Source: an uncultured delta proteobacterium
GTDB lineage: Bacteria; Desulfobacterota; BSN033; UBA1163
DNA length: 64,000 nt
Direction: 5' to 3'
Assembly: GCA_963827685.1 (NCBI GenBank)
Contig: CAWHBU010000003.1
Location: forward strand, 160,001 to 224,000
The translations under genes were made by a program, and so were the position numbers. Under the pieces are notes generated by a model. It did not search any database. It was not told where the DNA came from and saw only the letters and a program-made list of their open reading frames with translations. Each line of letters begins with the position of its first letter. Position 1 is the stretch's first letter. Below are positions 29,304 to 38,325 of this stretch, one piece after another.

Positions 29304-31562
29304 ATGAAGAGCGAAGAGATGAGAGAAGTCATTCCCGAAATCCTAGTCATCGGGGCCGGTATTGCAGGCATGCAAGCTGCTCTGGATATCGCCGACAAGG
29401 GGTTTAAGGTCCATTTAGTGGAGAAGGACACTTGCGTTGGGGGCCATATGGCCCAATTGGATAAGACCTTCCCCACCCTTGATTGCTCTGCCTGTATCAG
29501 CACGCCTAAAATGGTTGATACGGCGAATCATCCTAACATCAATCTTCTCACCTACTCAGAGATCGTTCGGGTTGAAGGAAAAGCTGGACATTTCAAGGTC
29601 ACGGTCAGAAAGAAACCCCGTTTTGTCGATGTAACCAAATGTACGGGTTGTGGTGACTGCGCCGCTCAATGCCCAGTCACCCTCCCCAACGAATTTGACA
29701 TGGGGTTAGGAAACAGGAAAGCAATCTATATCTCTTTCCCCCAGGCCGTTCCACTTAAATATACGATGGATCGCCGGGGGACTTCCCCCTGTACGGCTAC
29801 CTGCCCCCTCCACTGTAATGCCCAGGGCTATGTGGCCCTCATCTCCCAAGGCAAGTTTAAAGAAGCCCTTGAACTGGTGAGGGAGAAACTCCCCTTCCCG
29901 GGAATATTAGCCTATGCCTGTGCTCACCCCTGTGAAAGGGAGTGTAAGCGAATTGAAGAGGATCGTCCTATCTCCATCTGTCATCTCAAAAGGTTCCTCG
30001 TCGATCATGTTGAAGAACCTGAGTTTAAGTTTACGCCTCCCGAAGAAAAGGGAAAAAAGATAGCCATCGTGGGCGCAGGTCCGTCGGGACTCACCGCCGC
30101 ATATGATCTGAGAAAAATGGGTTACGGTGTCACCCTTTTTGAATCCAAAAATGAGTTAGGCGGTCTTCTCATCCACGGTTTCCCCTCCTATCGTCTTCCG
30201 AGGCAGGTGGTGGAAAAGGATCTCTCGGTGATCGATAAGATGGGAATAGAGGTCAAATGCAACACCCAGGTGGGAAAGGACATCTCCCCGGAGACACTCA
30301 CTCAATCCTATGATGCGATCTTTATCGCTGGTGGTATCACTGGAGTAGAATCCATCACGCGTGCCTTTAAGGGCCTAAAGAAAACGCGAAGAGGGACGAT
30401 TCAGGTCAATCCCATCTCCTTGGAAACCGCCGTGAAAGGGATCTTTGTGGGTGGAGATATGGTGACTGGTCCTGGGACCATTGTCGAATCCATGGCCCAG
30501 GGAAGGAAGGCTGCTGTTTCAATTGATCGATACCTTCGCGGAGAAGATCTGCTTCAAGGAAGGGAGTCCGAAGGAACACAAATCTCACCCTTAAGAAGCC
30601 TTCTTCCCTATTCGAAGAGAATGGAGCGAGAAGTCCTGCCCGATATGGTAAAACCACTCGTCGCCAGCATCACCGCAGAGGAGGCGATGGAGGAGGCAAA
30701 GCGTTGTCTCAATTGCGCAGGATGTTCGGATTGTGGAGAGTGTGCCAAGGCCTGTCAGCCCAAAGCCATCAATTATGGAATGAAAGAAGAGATCGTCGAA
30801 CTTCATGTGGGATCCATCATCCTCGCAACCGGTTTCGATCCCTTCAACCCGAAACTGAAACCCGAATTTGGATATGGCAAGTATCCCAACGTCCTTCATG
30901 GTCTTGAAATAGAGAGGCTCTGTTCTGCCTCTGGTCCAACCCAAGGTGAAATTATCATCCAGGGAAAGAAGCCCAAAGAGGTGATCTTTATTCACTGCGT
31001 TGGGTCGAGGGATAAGGCAGCGGGCAACGAATACTGCTCAAGGGTCTGCTGTATGTATACGGCTAAGCAAGCCCATCTCCTCAGGGATAAGATTCCGGAT
31101 GCCAATATCACCGTCCTCTATATGGATGTGAGGGCCTTTGGAAAAGGATTTGAAGAATTTTACGAGAGGGTCCAAAAAGAGAGGATCGTCTACAGAAGGG
31201 GAAATCCCTCTGAGGTTTATCGAAGAAACGGGAAACTGGTGGTCAGGGGCGAGGATACCCTCTTAGGAGAACCTTTTGAATTAGAAGCAGACCTGGTCGT
31301 CCTGGCCTCAGGACTCGTCCCCCGAAAGGAGGATAATCTTCTAAAAGACCTTCTCAAGTTGGAGAAATCCTCTGACCAATTTTATGCAGAGGCTCCAGGC
31401 CTCGATCCAATTGTAACGGGTGTGGATGGGATCTTCCTGGCAGGTTGTTGCCAGGGGCCCAAAGATATTCCGGACACAGTGGCACAGGCCAGTGGTGCAG
31501 CTTCAATGGCCTGCGCCTTTGTAGCGAAAGGAAGAGAAACAAAAGTTAAGAGTTCAGAGTGA
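29304..31562 (+). CDS. hdrA: HdrA-like flavoprotein with a truncated GltD-like insertion (HdrL-type), lacking HdrA N- and C-terminal Fe-S domains
   Basis: GAGIAG, DKTFPTLDCSAC, a ferredoxin split by a Fer4_20/GAGPSG insert, CVGSRD..CSRVCC and GCCQGPKDI. Confidence 0.88.
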   Translation: MKSEEMREVIPEILVIGAGIAGMQAALDIADKGFKVHLVEKDTCVGGHMAQLDKTFPTLDCSACISTPKMVDTANHPNINLLTYSEIVRVEGKAGHFKVTVRKKPRFVDVTKCTGCGDCAAQCPVTLPNEFDMGLGNRKAIYISFPQAVPLKYTMDRRGTSPCTATCPLHCNAQGYVALISQGKFKEALELVREKLPFPGILAYACAHPCERECKRIEEDRPISICHLKRFLVDHVEEPEFKFTPPEEKGKKIAIVGAGPSGLTAAYDLRKMGYGVTLFESKNELGGLLIHGFPSYRLPRQVVEKDLSVIDKMGIEVKCNTQVGKDISPETLTQSYDAIFIAGGITGVESITRAFKGLKKTRRGTIQVNPISLETAVKGIFVGGDMVTGPGTIVESMAQGRKAAVSIDRYLRGEDLLQGRESEGTQISPLRSLLPYSKRMEREVLPDMVKPLVASITAEEAMEEAKRCLNCAGCSDCGECAKACQPKAINYGMKEEIVELHVGSIILATGFDPFNPKLKPEFGYGKYPNVLHGLEIERLCSASGPTQGEIIIQGKKPKEVIFIHCVGSRDKAAGNEYCSRVCCMYTAKQAHLLRDKIPDANITVLYMDVRAFGKGFEEFYERVQKERIVYRRGNPSEVYRRNGKLVVRGEDTLLGEPFELEADLVVLASGLVPRKEDNLLKDLLKLEKSSDQFYAEAPGLDPIVTGVDGIFLAGCCQGPKDIPDTVAQASGAASMACAFVAKGRETKVKSSE

Positions 31563-31644
31563 TGAGTTAAGAGTTTAGAGTTATGAATGATGAGTTATAA
31601 ATCAATTATTTCACGAGTCACGAATCACGAGGCACGAATCACGG
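31544..31644 (+). repeat. Chimeric array: AGTTAAG/AGTTATG left arm plus TCACGAA right arm
   Basis: agttaag agttcag agtgatg agttaag agtttag agttatg ... tcacgag tcacgaa tcacgag gcacgaa tcacgg. The arms are not complementary. Confidence 0.8.
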
Positions 31645-31651
31645 AGAAAAG

Positions 31652-33586
31652 ATGAAGATCGGCGTCTATATCTGTCATTGTGGGATCAACATTGCGGCGA
31701 CAGTAGATATCGAAAAGGTGAGGACATTTGCTCAGACCCTCCCCCATGTCGAAGTCGCCCGAAATTATCAGTATATGTGCTCGGATCCTGGCCAGGATTT
31801 GATTAAGAATGATATCAGAAACAATGGCATTGATCGGGTGGTGGTAGCGGCTTGCTCTCCTCGGATGCACGAACCCACTTACCGTAAGGCTGTCCAGTCG
31901 GCAGGACTCAATCCCTACTTTTTTGAAATGTCCAACATCCGTGAACAGTGCTCCTGGGTTCATACGAACAGAGAGGATGCTACGAAAAAGGCGATGGATC
32001 TGATTGCCGCCGCCGTTGCCAAAGTCTCCCTTCACGAAGCCTTAGATGAAAAGGAAGTGGGAGTCACTCCTTCTGTGTTAGTCATTGGTGGCGGCATTGC
32101 CGGAATTCAGGCCAGCCTCGATATCGCCCATTCAGGCTTTGAAGTCTATCTGGTAGAAAAATCGCCCACCCTGGGAGGCCATCTCGCGCAACTGGATCGA
32201 ACCTTCCCCAATCTGGAGGAGACCTCGACCATCCTCTCTCCGAAACTGAAAGAGGTTGGAAACCACCCCCTCATCCACATTCTCACCCAGAGTGAAGCAG
32301 AAGAGGTGGAAGGATTTGTGGGCAATTTTAAGGTTAGGGTAAGGCAGAATCCCAGATATATCAATCCAGAAAAATGCACCCGATGCAAAAAATGTGAAGA
32401 CGTCTGTCCGGTTAAGGTTCCGAGTGAATTCAATATGGGACTGGCCGAGAGAAAAGCGATCTATCTCCCCTCCCCTCTTGCTGTCCCTTTCACCTACACC
32501 ATCGATCCGCAAAACTGTCTCTTCCTTCAAAAGGGGGAGTGTGGAAAGTGCCGGGAGATTTGCCCGGAGGGAGCGGTTGAGTTTGAACAGGTAGGGGTTG
32601 AATACCAGTTCGATATAGGGACGATCATCGTGGCCACGGGTTATGACCCCTTCGATCCCAGACTAAAACCTGAGTTTGGATATGGGCTTTATAAAAATGT
32701 GGTGACCGGACTTGAGTTTGAAAGGTTGCTCTCTGGAAGTGGGCCCACTCAAGGGAAAATTGAGATCAACAGCAAGGAGCCGAAAAATATCGTATTCATC
32801 CAATGCGTTGGGTCGAGAGATAAAACGGTGGGCAATGAATATTGCTCCAGAGTCTGTTGTATGTTTACAGCCAAACAGGCCTCTCTCGTCAAGGATCGAA
32901 TTCCTGATGCCCGGGTCACTATTTGCTATATCGATATAAGAGCTTTTGGAAAAGGATATGAACAGTTCTATGATGAAGTACAGAGAAAAGGAGTTCTCTA
33001 CAGAAAAGGAGTTCCATCCGAGATTTATCAAAGATCCGGAAAATTGATCGTCAAGGCGGATGACGAACTCTTGGGGGAACCCTATGAGGAAGAGGCAGAC
33101 CTGGTTGTCTTGGCCACAGGCCTCACGCAGCGAAATGACGCAAATCGCGTTCGGAGCCTTCTTAAACTTTCCCAAAGTCCGGATCGTTTCTATTTGGAAG
33201 CCCATCCCAAGATGAGGCCTCTTGACACAGCCACGGATGGGATCTTTTTGGCTGGAACCTGCCAAGGGCCAAAAGATATTTCCGATACCCTATCACAAGC
33301 CCATGGAACAGCTTCTCGGGCAACCATTCCCCTCTTTGCAGGAAGAGTCAAGATCGAGCCGATCACATCGGTGGTGGACGTCTCCTTCTGTGCTGGCTGC
33401 GGTCTCTGTGAACAGGTCTGTGAATTTCGGGCTCTGAAACTCGACCCTTATCGAAAGGTCATGACAGTTAACGAAGCCCTCTGTAAGGGATGCGGAGCCT
33501 GTAATGCCACTTGCCCCTCAGGTGCCATCAGTCTGAGGCACTTCAAGACCGAACAGATCATCGCCGAAATCAAAGAAGTCTGTTAA
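31652..33586 (+). CDS. hdrA: Heterodisulfide reductase subunit A-like protein (full length)
   Basis: KIGVYICHCGINI, YMCS, AACSP, NIREQCSW, GGGIAG, CVGSRD..CSRVCC and C-terminal 2x4Fe-4S. Confidence 0.93.
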   Translation: MKIGVYICHCGINIAATVDIEKVRTFAQTLPHVEVARNYQYMCSDPGQDLIKNDIRNNGIDRVVVAACSPRMHEPTYRKAVQSAGLNPYFFEMSNIREQCSWVHTNREDATKKAMDLIAAAVAKVSLHEALDEKEVGVTPSVLVIGGGIAGIQASLDIAHSGFEVYLVEKSPTLGGHLAQLDRTFPNLEETSTILSPKLKEVGNHPLIHILTQSEAEEVEGFVGNFKVRVRQNPRYINPEKCTRCKKCEDVCPVKVPSEFNMGLAERKAIYLPSPLAVPFTYTIDPQNCLFLQKGECGKCREICPEGAVEFEQVGVEYQFDIGTIIVATGYDPFDPRLKPEFGYGLYKNVVTGLEFERLLSGSGPTQGKIEINSKEPKNIVFIQCVGSRDKTVGNEYCSRVCCMFTAKQASLVKDRIPDARVTICYIDIRAFGKGYEQFYDEVQRKGVLYRKGVPSEIYQRSGKLIVKADDELLGEPYEEEADLVVLATGLTQRNDANRVRSLLKLSQSPDRFYLEAHPKMRPLDTATDGIFLAGTCQGPKDISDTLSQAHGTASRATIPLFAGRVKIEPITSVVDVSFCAGCGLCEQVCEFRALKLDPYRKVMTVNEALCKGCGACNATCPSGAISLRHFKTEQIIAEIKEVC

Positions 33587-33592
33587 TTGCGC

Positions 33593-33667
33593 ATTTCGGA
33601 TTGCGGATTGCGGAATTTAGAGATTGATAACTGACCATTGTTGATTGACCATTTTGCATTGAGTTTT
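33593..33667 (+). repeat. Chimeric array: ATTGCGG left arm plus TTGACCA/TTTTGCA right arm
   Basis: atttcgg attgcgg attgcgg ... ttgataa ctgacca ttgttga ttgacca ttttgca ttgagtt. Confidence 0.7.
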
Positions 33668-33671
33668 TCCT

Positions 33672-34196
33672 ATGGAAAAGGGTCTCATTCAGATCTATAC
33701 CGGGAATGGAAAAGGTAAGACCACTGCTGCTTTGGGGCTTGCCCTGAGAGCGGTCGGCCATGGATTGAAGGTCTTGGTCATCCAATTCATGAAAGGAAAT
33801 ATCGACTACGGTGAATTGGAATCTTCTAAAAAGCTCTCTCCCTACTTGACGATCAAACAGATGGGCAGGGAGACTTTTGTCTCAAAAACGAACCCAGATC
33901 CCATTGACGTAAGAATGGCTCAGGATGGATTTGTTTTGGCGAAAAAAGCGATTGCCGATGAAGACTATGACATCATCATCCTCGACGAAATCAATGTGGC
34001 CATCGATTACGGATTGATCCCTCTCTCTGATCTCCTTCACGTCCTTGAAACCAAGCCCAGCGGAGTTGAACTCATTCTAACCGGAAGAAACGCCCGACCT
34101 GAAATATTGGAAAAAGCTGATTTGGTCACGGAGATGGTAGAACAAAAACACTACTATAAGAACGGAGTCTCAGCTCGCAAAGGCTTCGAAATTTAA
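33672..34196 (+). CDS. cobO: Cob(I)alamin adenosyltransferase (CobO/BtuR)
   Basis: YTGNGKGKTTAALG, QFMKG, ILDEI, ELILTGR and DLVTEM. Confidence 0.94.
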   Translation: MEKGLIQIYTGNGKGKTTAALGLALRAVGHGLKVLVIQFMKGNIDYGELESSKKLSPYLTIKQMGRETFVSKTNPDPIDVRMAQDGFVLAKKAIADEDYDIIILDEINVAIDYGLIPLSDLLHVLETKPSGVELILTGRNARPEILEKADLVTEMVEQKHYYKNGVSARKGFEI

Positions 34197-34243
34197 CCCC
34201 CCTTCATCCCCCCTTAACCTAAGGGGGGAATAGAGGGGGGTTA
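34194..34243. repeat. C-rich/G-rich REP-like hairpin
   Basis: taacccccc ttcat cccccctta acc taagggggg aataga ggggggtta. Related to 43134-43175. Confidence 0.75.
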
Positions 34244-34277
34244 CAAATCACGGACACGAGACTAGGGGGCTTACTGA

Positions 34278-35951
34278 ATGTTCAAAGAAGACAAATTGAA
34301 AAGGGTCAAAGAGGAGAAGAAAAGGTGGACAGAGGATTTGTCGAAAAGTCTCTGCGAGACCCCTGAACGTCTCCCGCGGTTTTCCACTGTCTCCGATCTT
34401 GAGATCAAGGGTCTCTATACTCCGGAAGATATCAAAGACATCGACTATTCCAGAGACATTGGTTTCCCAGGTATCTATCCTTTCACCCGAGGAGTTCAAC
34501 CCTCCATGTATCGGGGAAGGCTCTGGACCATGCGAATGTTTTCGGGCTTGGGAGGACCGGAGGAGACAAACAAGCGTTTCCATTATCTGTTGGCTCATGG
34601 GGAAACCGGTCTTTCCATCGCCTTTCATTATCCTACGCTCATGGGCTATGACAGTGACGCTCCGATGTCGAAAGGTGAAATTGGGAAGTGCGGTGTGGCG
34701 GTTGACACGCTCAAAGATATGGAAATTCTCTTTGAAGGGATACCCCTGGATAAGGTCACCACCTCCATGACCATCAACCCCCCTGCTTCCATCCTGCTGG
34801 CCATGTATATGGTTGTGGCCGAGAAGCAAGGGATCAGCAAGAAGCAAATTGGAGGGACCATCCAGAATGACATGCTGAAAGAATTCATTGCTCAGAAAAC
34901 CTTCATGCTTCCTCCCAAACCCTCTCTCCGGATCATCGTAGATACCGTTGAATACTGCACCAAAGAAGTCCCCCGTTGGAATACGATCAGTATTAGTGGC
35001 TATCATATTCGTGAAGCCGGGGCAACAGCCGTTCAAGAGCTTGCCTTCACCCTGGCCGATGGGATTGCCTATGTTGAGGCAGCGATGGAAAGAGGGCTCA
35101 ATGTAGATGATTTTGCTCCGAGGCTTTCCTTCTTTTTCGATTCCCATATCGACTTCTTCGAGGAAATCGCTAAGTTTCGGGCGGCTCGAAGGATATGGGC
35201 GAAAATCATGCGTGAGCGTTTCACTGCAAAAAATCCACACTCTTGGCTGCTCCGTTTCCACACTCAAACCGCTGGCTGTTCTTTGACAGCGCAACAACCT
35301 TATAACAATGTCATCCGCACTGCCTATGAAGCATTGGCTGCCGTACTGGGTGGAACCAATTCCCTCCACACCAATTCTCTCGACAAGACCTATGCGATCC
35401 CTACGGAGGAAGCGGCCACCATCGCCTTACGGACACAACAGATTCTCGCAGAGGAAACCGGGGTGGCCAACACCATCGATCCGTTGGCAGGCTCTTATTT
35501 TGTGGAGGCGTTGACCCAAAACATTGAGGAACAGGCTTACGAATATATCCGAAGAATCGATGAAATGGGAGGAATGGTGGCAGCCATTGAAAGAGGGTAT
35601 CCCCAATCTGAAATCGCTGATTCCGCTTATAAGTTCCAGCGTCAAGTTGACTCAGGAGAAAAGACCATTGTCGGTGTCAATAAGTATGCGACAGAGCATT
35701 CCCCCATTACGATCTGGAGGATGAAACCGGAGATCGAAGAAAGACAATTGAGACGGCTGCGTGAGGTGAAGGAGAGACGAGACAATCAAAAAGTAAGAGA
35801 ACTCCTCCAAAGAATTCGGAAGGTGTCTCAAAGTAGCGAAAACCTCATGCCTCACATTATCAATGCGGTGAGGGAATATGCCACGCTCCAGGAGATCTGT
35901 GATGTGTGGAGAGATGTCTTTGGCCGATATTCAGATCCGGGATACTTCTAA
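34278..35951 (+). CDS. icmA: Acyl-CoA mutase large (substrate-binding) subunit, isobutyryl-CoA mutase-like
   Basis: MCM fold ([20 protein letters not shown]) with Phe in WTMRMFSG and Gln in KEFIAQK at the MCM Tyr/Arg specificity positions. Confidence 0.75.
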   Translation: MFKEDKLKRVKEEKKRWTEDLSKSLCETPERLPRFSTVSDLEIKGLYTPEDIKDIDYSRDIGFPGIYPFTRGVQPSMYRGRLWTMRMFSGLGGPEETNKRFHYLLAHGETGLSIAFHYPTLMGYDSDAPMSKGEIGKCGVAVDTLKDMEILFEGIPLDKVTTSMTINPPASILLAMYMVVAEKQGISKKQIGGTIQNDMLKEFIAQKTFMLPPKPSLRIIVDTVEYCTKEVPRWNTISISGYHIREAGATAVQELAFTLADGIAYVEAAMERGLNVDDFAPRLSFFFDSHIDFFEEIAKFRAARRIWAKIMRERFTAKNPHSWLLRFHTQTAGCSLTAQQPYNNVIRTAYEALAAVLGGTNSLHTNSLDKTYAIPTEEAATIALRTQQILAEETGVANTIDPLAGSYFVEALTQNIEEQAYEYIRRIDEMGGMVAAIERGYPQSEIADSAYKFQRQVDSGEKTIVGVNKYATEHSPITIWRMKPEIEERQLRRLREVKERRDNQKVRELLQRIRKVSQSSENLMPHIINAVREYATLQEICDVWRDVFGRYSDPGYF

Positions 35952-36017
35952 GGACATAGCGTCCGATCGCCAAAGTACTTATACAGCAGGCAGGCGTCGA
36001 GGATAGAACATACATGG

Positions 36018-36166
36018 AAGCACCAAATCCCAAGCACCAAATCTCAAATAAATCCCAATTACCAAAATTCGAAAAAAATCTATTTGGTTATTTGAAATTG
36101 GAATTTGGAGCTTATTTGGGATTTGCCTGCCTGCCGGTAGGCAGGGAATTTGTGATTTGGGATTTT
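36018..36166 (+). repeat. Inverted CCAAAT/ATTTGG array interrupted by the 20-nt palindrome
   Basis: caccaaa tcccaag caccaaa tctcaaa ... atttggg atttg[insert]ga atttgtg atttggg. Confidence 0.85.
36126..36145. mobile_element. 20-nt palindromic micro-insertion CCTGCCTGCCGGTAGGCAGG, copy 2
   Basis: Identical to 27930-27949. Removal restores the ATTTGGA unit. Confidence 0.75.
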
Positions 36167-36209
36167 AGAGAGCCTACTCTTTGCGGCCTACTGAAGGCGA
36201 GGAGCGATA

Positions 36210-36617
36210 ATGAGTCTCAAGAGAAAAGTTCGCATTCTGATAGGGAAACCCGGCTTGGATGGACATGATCGGGGAGCAAAAGTGATCGCAAGGGGGTTCA
36301 GGGACGCCGGTTTTGAGGTGATCTATACAGGACTCCATCAGACGCCCGAGCAGATCGTGTCGGCTGCCATCCAGGAAGATGTGGATGCAATCGGATTATC
36401 CAGCCTGGCCGGGGCCCATGACTATCTTTTCCCGAGGGTGATTGAACTTCTCAAAGAAAAAAAGGCAGACGATATTATCGTTTTTGGAGGGGGAATTGTT
36501 CCTGAAGAGGACATCGCTACCCTCACCCAATGTGGGGTAAAAGCCATCTTCACTCCCGGGACCTCTATTGAAGAGGCCGTTAAGTGGGTTCGTAAAAACG
36601 TAAAGCCGCGTAAATAA
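36210..36617 (+). CDS. icmB: Acyl-CoA mutase cobalamin-binding small subunit
   Basis: [10 protein letters not shown] (DxHxxG), GLSSLAGAH and GGGIVP. Confidence 0.85.
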   Translation: MSLKRKVRILIGKPGLDGHDRGAKVIARGFRDAGFEVIYTGLHQTPEQIVSAAIQEDVDAIGLSSLAGAHDYLFPRVIELLKEKKADDIIVFGGGIVPEEDIATLTQCGVKAIFTPGTSIEEAVKWVRKNVKPRK

Positions 36618-36620
36618 AAA

Positions 36621-36817
36621 GCATAGGGCATGGAGCATAGAACTTAGTGAATGACGAATTGCCAAATCCCAAGCACCAAATTCCAAATAATTCCAAATTT
36701 CCAAATTCAAAATTCCAAACGTTTTGGTATTTGAAAATTGGAGTTTGAGATTTGTTTGGGATTTGGAATTTGTGACTTGGAATTTTAAACACTATCCTCT
36801 CTGCGCTATGCGCTATA
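36621..36817 (+). repeat. Nested inverted arrays: outer GCATAGG/CTATGCG, inner CCAAATT/ATTTGG
   Basis: gcatagg gcatgga gcataga [ccaaatcccaagcaccaaattccaaa ... tttgggatttggaatttgtgacttgg] ctgcg ctatgcg ctatac. Confidence 0.8.
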
Positions 36818-36853
36818 CCTATTTATTTAAAGGGAGGGTGGCGAAGGCTTTAG

Positions 36854-36936
36854 GTTCATAGTTCATAGTTCTAGTTCATCGTTCATTGTTTATCGTCCAT
36901 CGTTCATAGTCCATAGTTAAAAGTCCAAAGTTCAAT
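36854..36936 (+). repeat. Single-arm tandem array of about 12 GTTCATA-like 7-mers
   Basis: gttcata gttcata gttcta gttcatc gttcatt gtttatc gtccatc gttcata gtccata gttaaaa gtccaaa gttcaat. Confidence 0.85.
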
Positions 36937-36951
36937 CGGGGAGGAACAAGA

Positions 36952-38325
36952 ATGATAACATTCAAAGAGGGGAATCTAAGGATTCCCAAATGGAATCGGA
37001 GGGTTTTTATCGTGGCCGGGGGAACAACGGCTTACAAAAAATATTTCCCCGAATATAAACTGGAAGAACTGGTGATGATCGCCTTCAAGAATATGTTAGA
37101 GGATAGTGGCTTAAAAATGGATCCCTTGGAGGTCAAGGGATTGATCAACTTTGCCACATATGGTGAGTTTGCAGACCATTTTCAGGATCAATTGCTCTGC
37201 CAGGCCAAAGTCCATGATTATCTGGGATTGGATCCTCTTTATAATCTGGGTATCAAAACAGGAGGGGCCACGGGAGGGTCCGCCATCCTCGCTGCGGCCA
37301 TGGCAGTGGCTTCGGGCTATGCCAATGTTGCCTTGGCGGCGGGCTGGGAGCGTATGGACGAAGTGGATACCCGGACCGGCAACTTCTATATCTCGACAGC
37401 GGCCTGTAAGGACTTCGAAACACGCTTGGGTCGGATTTATTCATCCTATTATGCTCCCATGGCGAACCGCTTTGCCCGCTCTTTTAACGTATCCGAAATC
37501 ACCCGGGCCAAGATAGCTGTCAAAAACCATCTCTATGCTTGCTCATCTCCATACGCACAGCAACCGGGAAAATATACCGTCGAGGATGTCTTAGCCAGTC
37601 CCATCTCCGCCTACCCCCTGCGATTCCTCGAGTGCTGTGCCATGAGTGTCGGCTCGGCATGTGTCCTGCTCTGTGATGAAGAGACGGCCTATAAGTTGAC
37701 TGACCGCCCCTGTGAGCTTTTTATTTGCGGTGGCACTCATACCCTGCGGGTGGCCGACCGCCGGCATATGGAGGTTCCCTTACTTCCACATGAAACTCCA
37801 GATATGTATAAAGATCTCTATGGTAAAGAGGGAGCTCGTTATCCGGGATTTGAAAGTTTCCTGGCATGCCGGTTTGCGGCCTGGCTGGTCTATCGGATGG
37901 CCGGTATTCAAAACCCTATTGAGGACCTGGATCTCGTGGAGCTTCATGATGCCTTCACCATCAGTGACCTACAGACCTATGGAGACATTGGGCTCAGACC
38001 TTACGGTCAGGAACAGGATTATATTGAGTCTGGAGACGCTTACTATGGCGGCAAGTGTCCTTCCAACCTATCGGGTGGATTGATCGGAACGATGCACGCC
38101 GTGGGCGCGACTGGAATCTTTCAAGCTGCTGAGTGTCTATGGCAGTTACAGCAAAAATACGACAGTTTTCATGCCGATTCCAAAATCTGGAAGAGATGGG
38201 GGAAAGAGAAACCCAAGGATTGGCAGAGTCTGCAGATCCCGGAAAAGAGTAAACAGGCCCTATGGGTTTCCCATGCAGGTGTCGGTTCTCACGTGACCGT
38301 TGGTATTCTTAGAAAGAGCTGGTAA
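36952..38325 (+). CDS. SCP2/archaeal-type thiolase-superfamily protein lacking the nucleophilic Cys
   Basis: KTGGATGG where ENACASG is usual, plus AGWERM, IAVKNH, VELHDAF and NLSGG..HAVGATG. Confidence 0.8.
   Translation: MITFKEGNLRIPKWNRRVFIVAGGTTAYKKYFPEYKLEELVMIAFKNMLEDSGLKMDPLEVKGLINFATYGEFADHFQDQLLCQAKVHDYLGLDPLYNLGIKTGGATGGSAILAAAMAVASGYANVALAAGWERMDEVDTRTGNFYISTAACKDFETRLGRIYSSYYAPMANRFARSFNVSEITRAKIAVKNHLYACSSPYAQQPGKYTVEDVLASPISAYPLRFLECCAMSVGSACVLLCDEETAYKLTDRPCELFICGGTHTLRVADRRHMEVPLLPHETPDMYKDLYGKEGARYPGFESFLACRFAAWLVYRMAGIQNPIEDLDLVELHDAFTISDLQTYGDIGLRPYGQEQDYIESGDAYYGGKCPSNLSGGLIGTMHAVGATGIFQAAECLWQLQQKYDSFHADSKIWKRWGKEKPKDWQSLQIPEKSKQALWVSHAGVGSHVTVGILRKSW

Noticed and set aside
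31560-31565. Sec read-through fusing hdrA-1 to hdrA-2
   Set aside because: Tandem TGA TGA lies within a repeat arm, is followed by further stops and has no Cys-equivalent context.
33587-34277. Cobalamin riboswitch near cobO or the mutase genes
   Set aside because: The spacers are short and filled by repeats, and no B12-box was recognised.
34248-35369. Long antisense ORFs (also 23478-24347, 43568-44200, 53435-54229 and others)
   Set aside because: They are shadows of well-supported genes on the opposite strand with no recognisable motifs.
36014-36936. Repeat arrays as CRISPR, or ORFs 36014-36268 and 36580-36792 as genes
   Set aside because: Units are 7 nt with no unique spacers and no cas genes. 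The ORFs are translations of the repeats.
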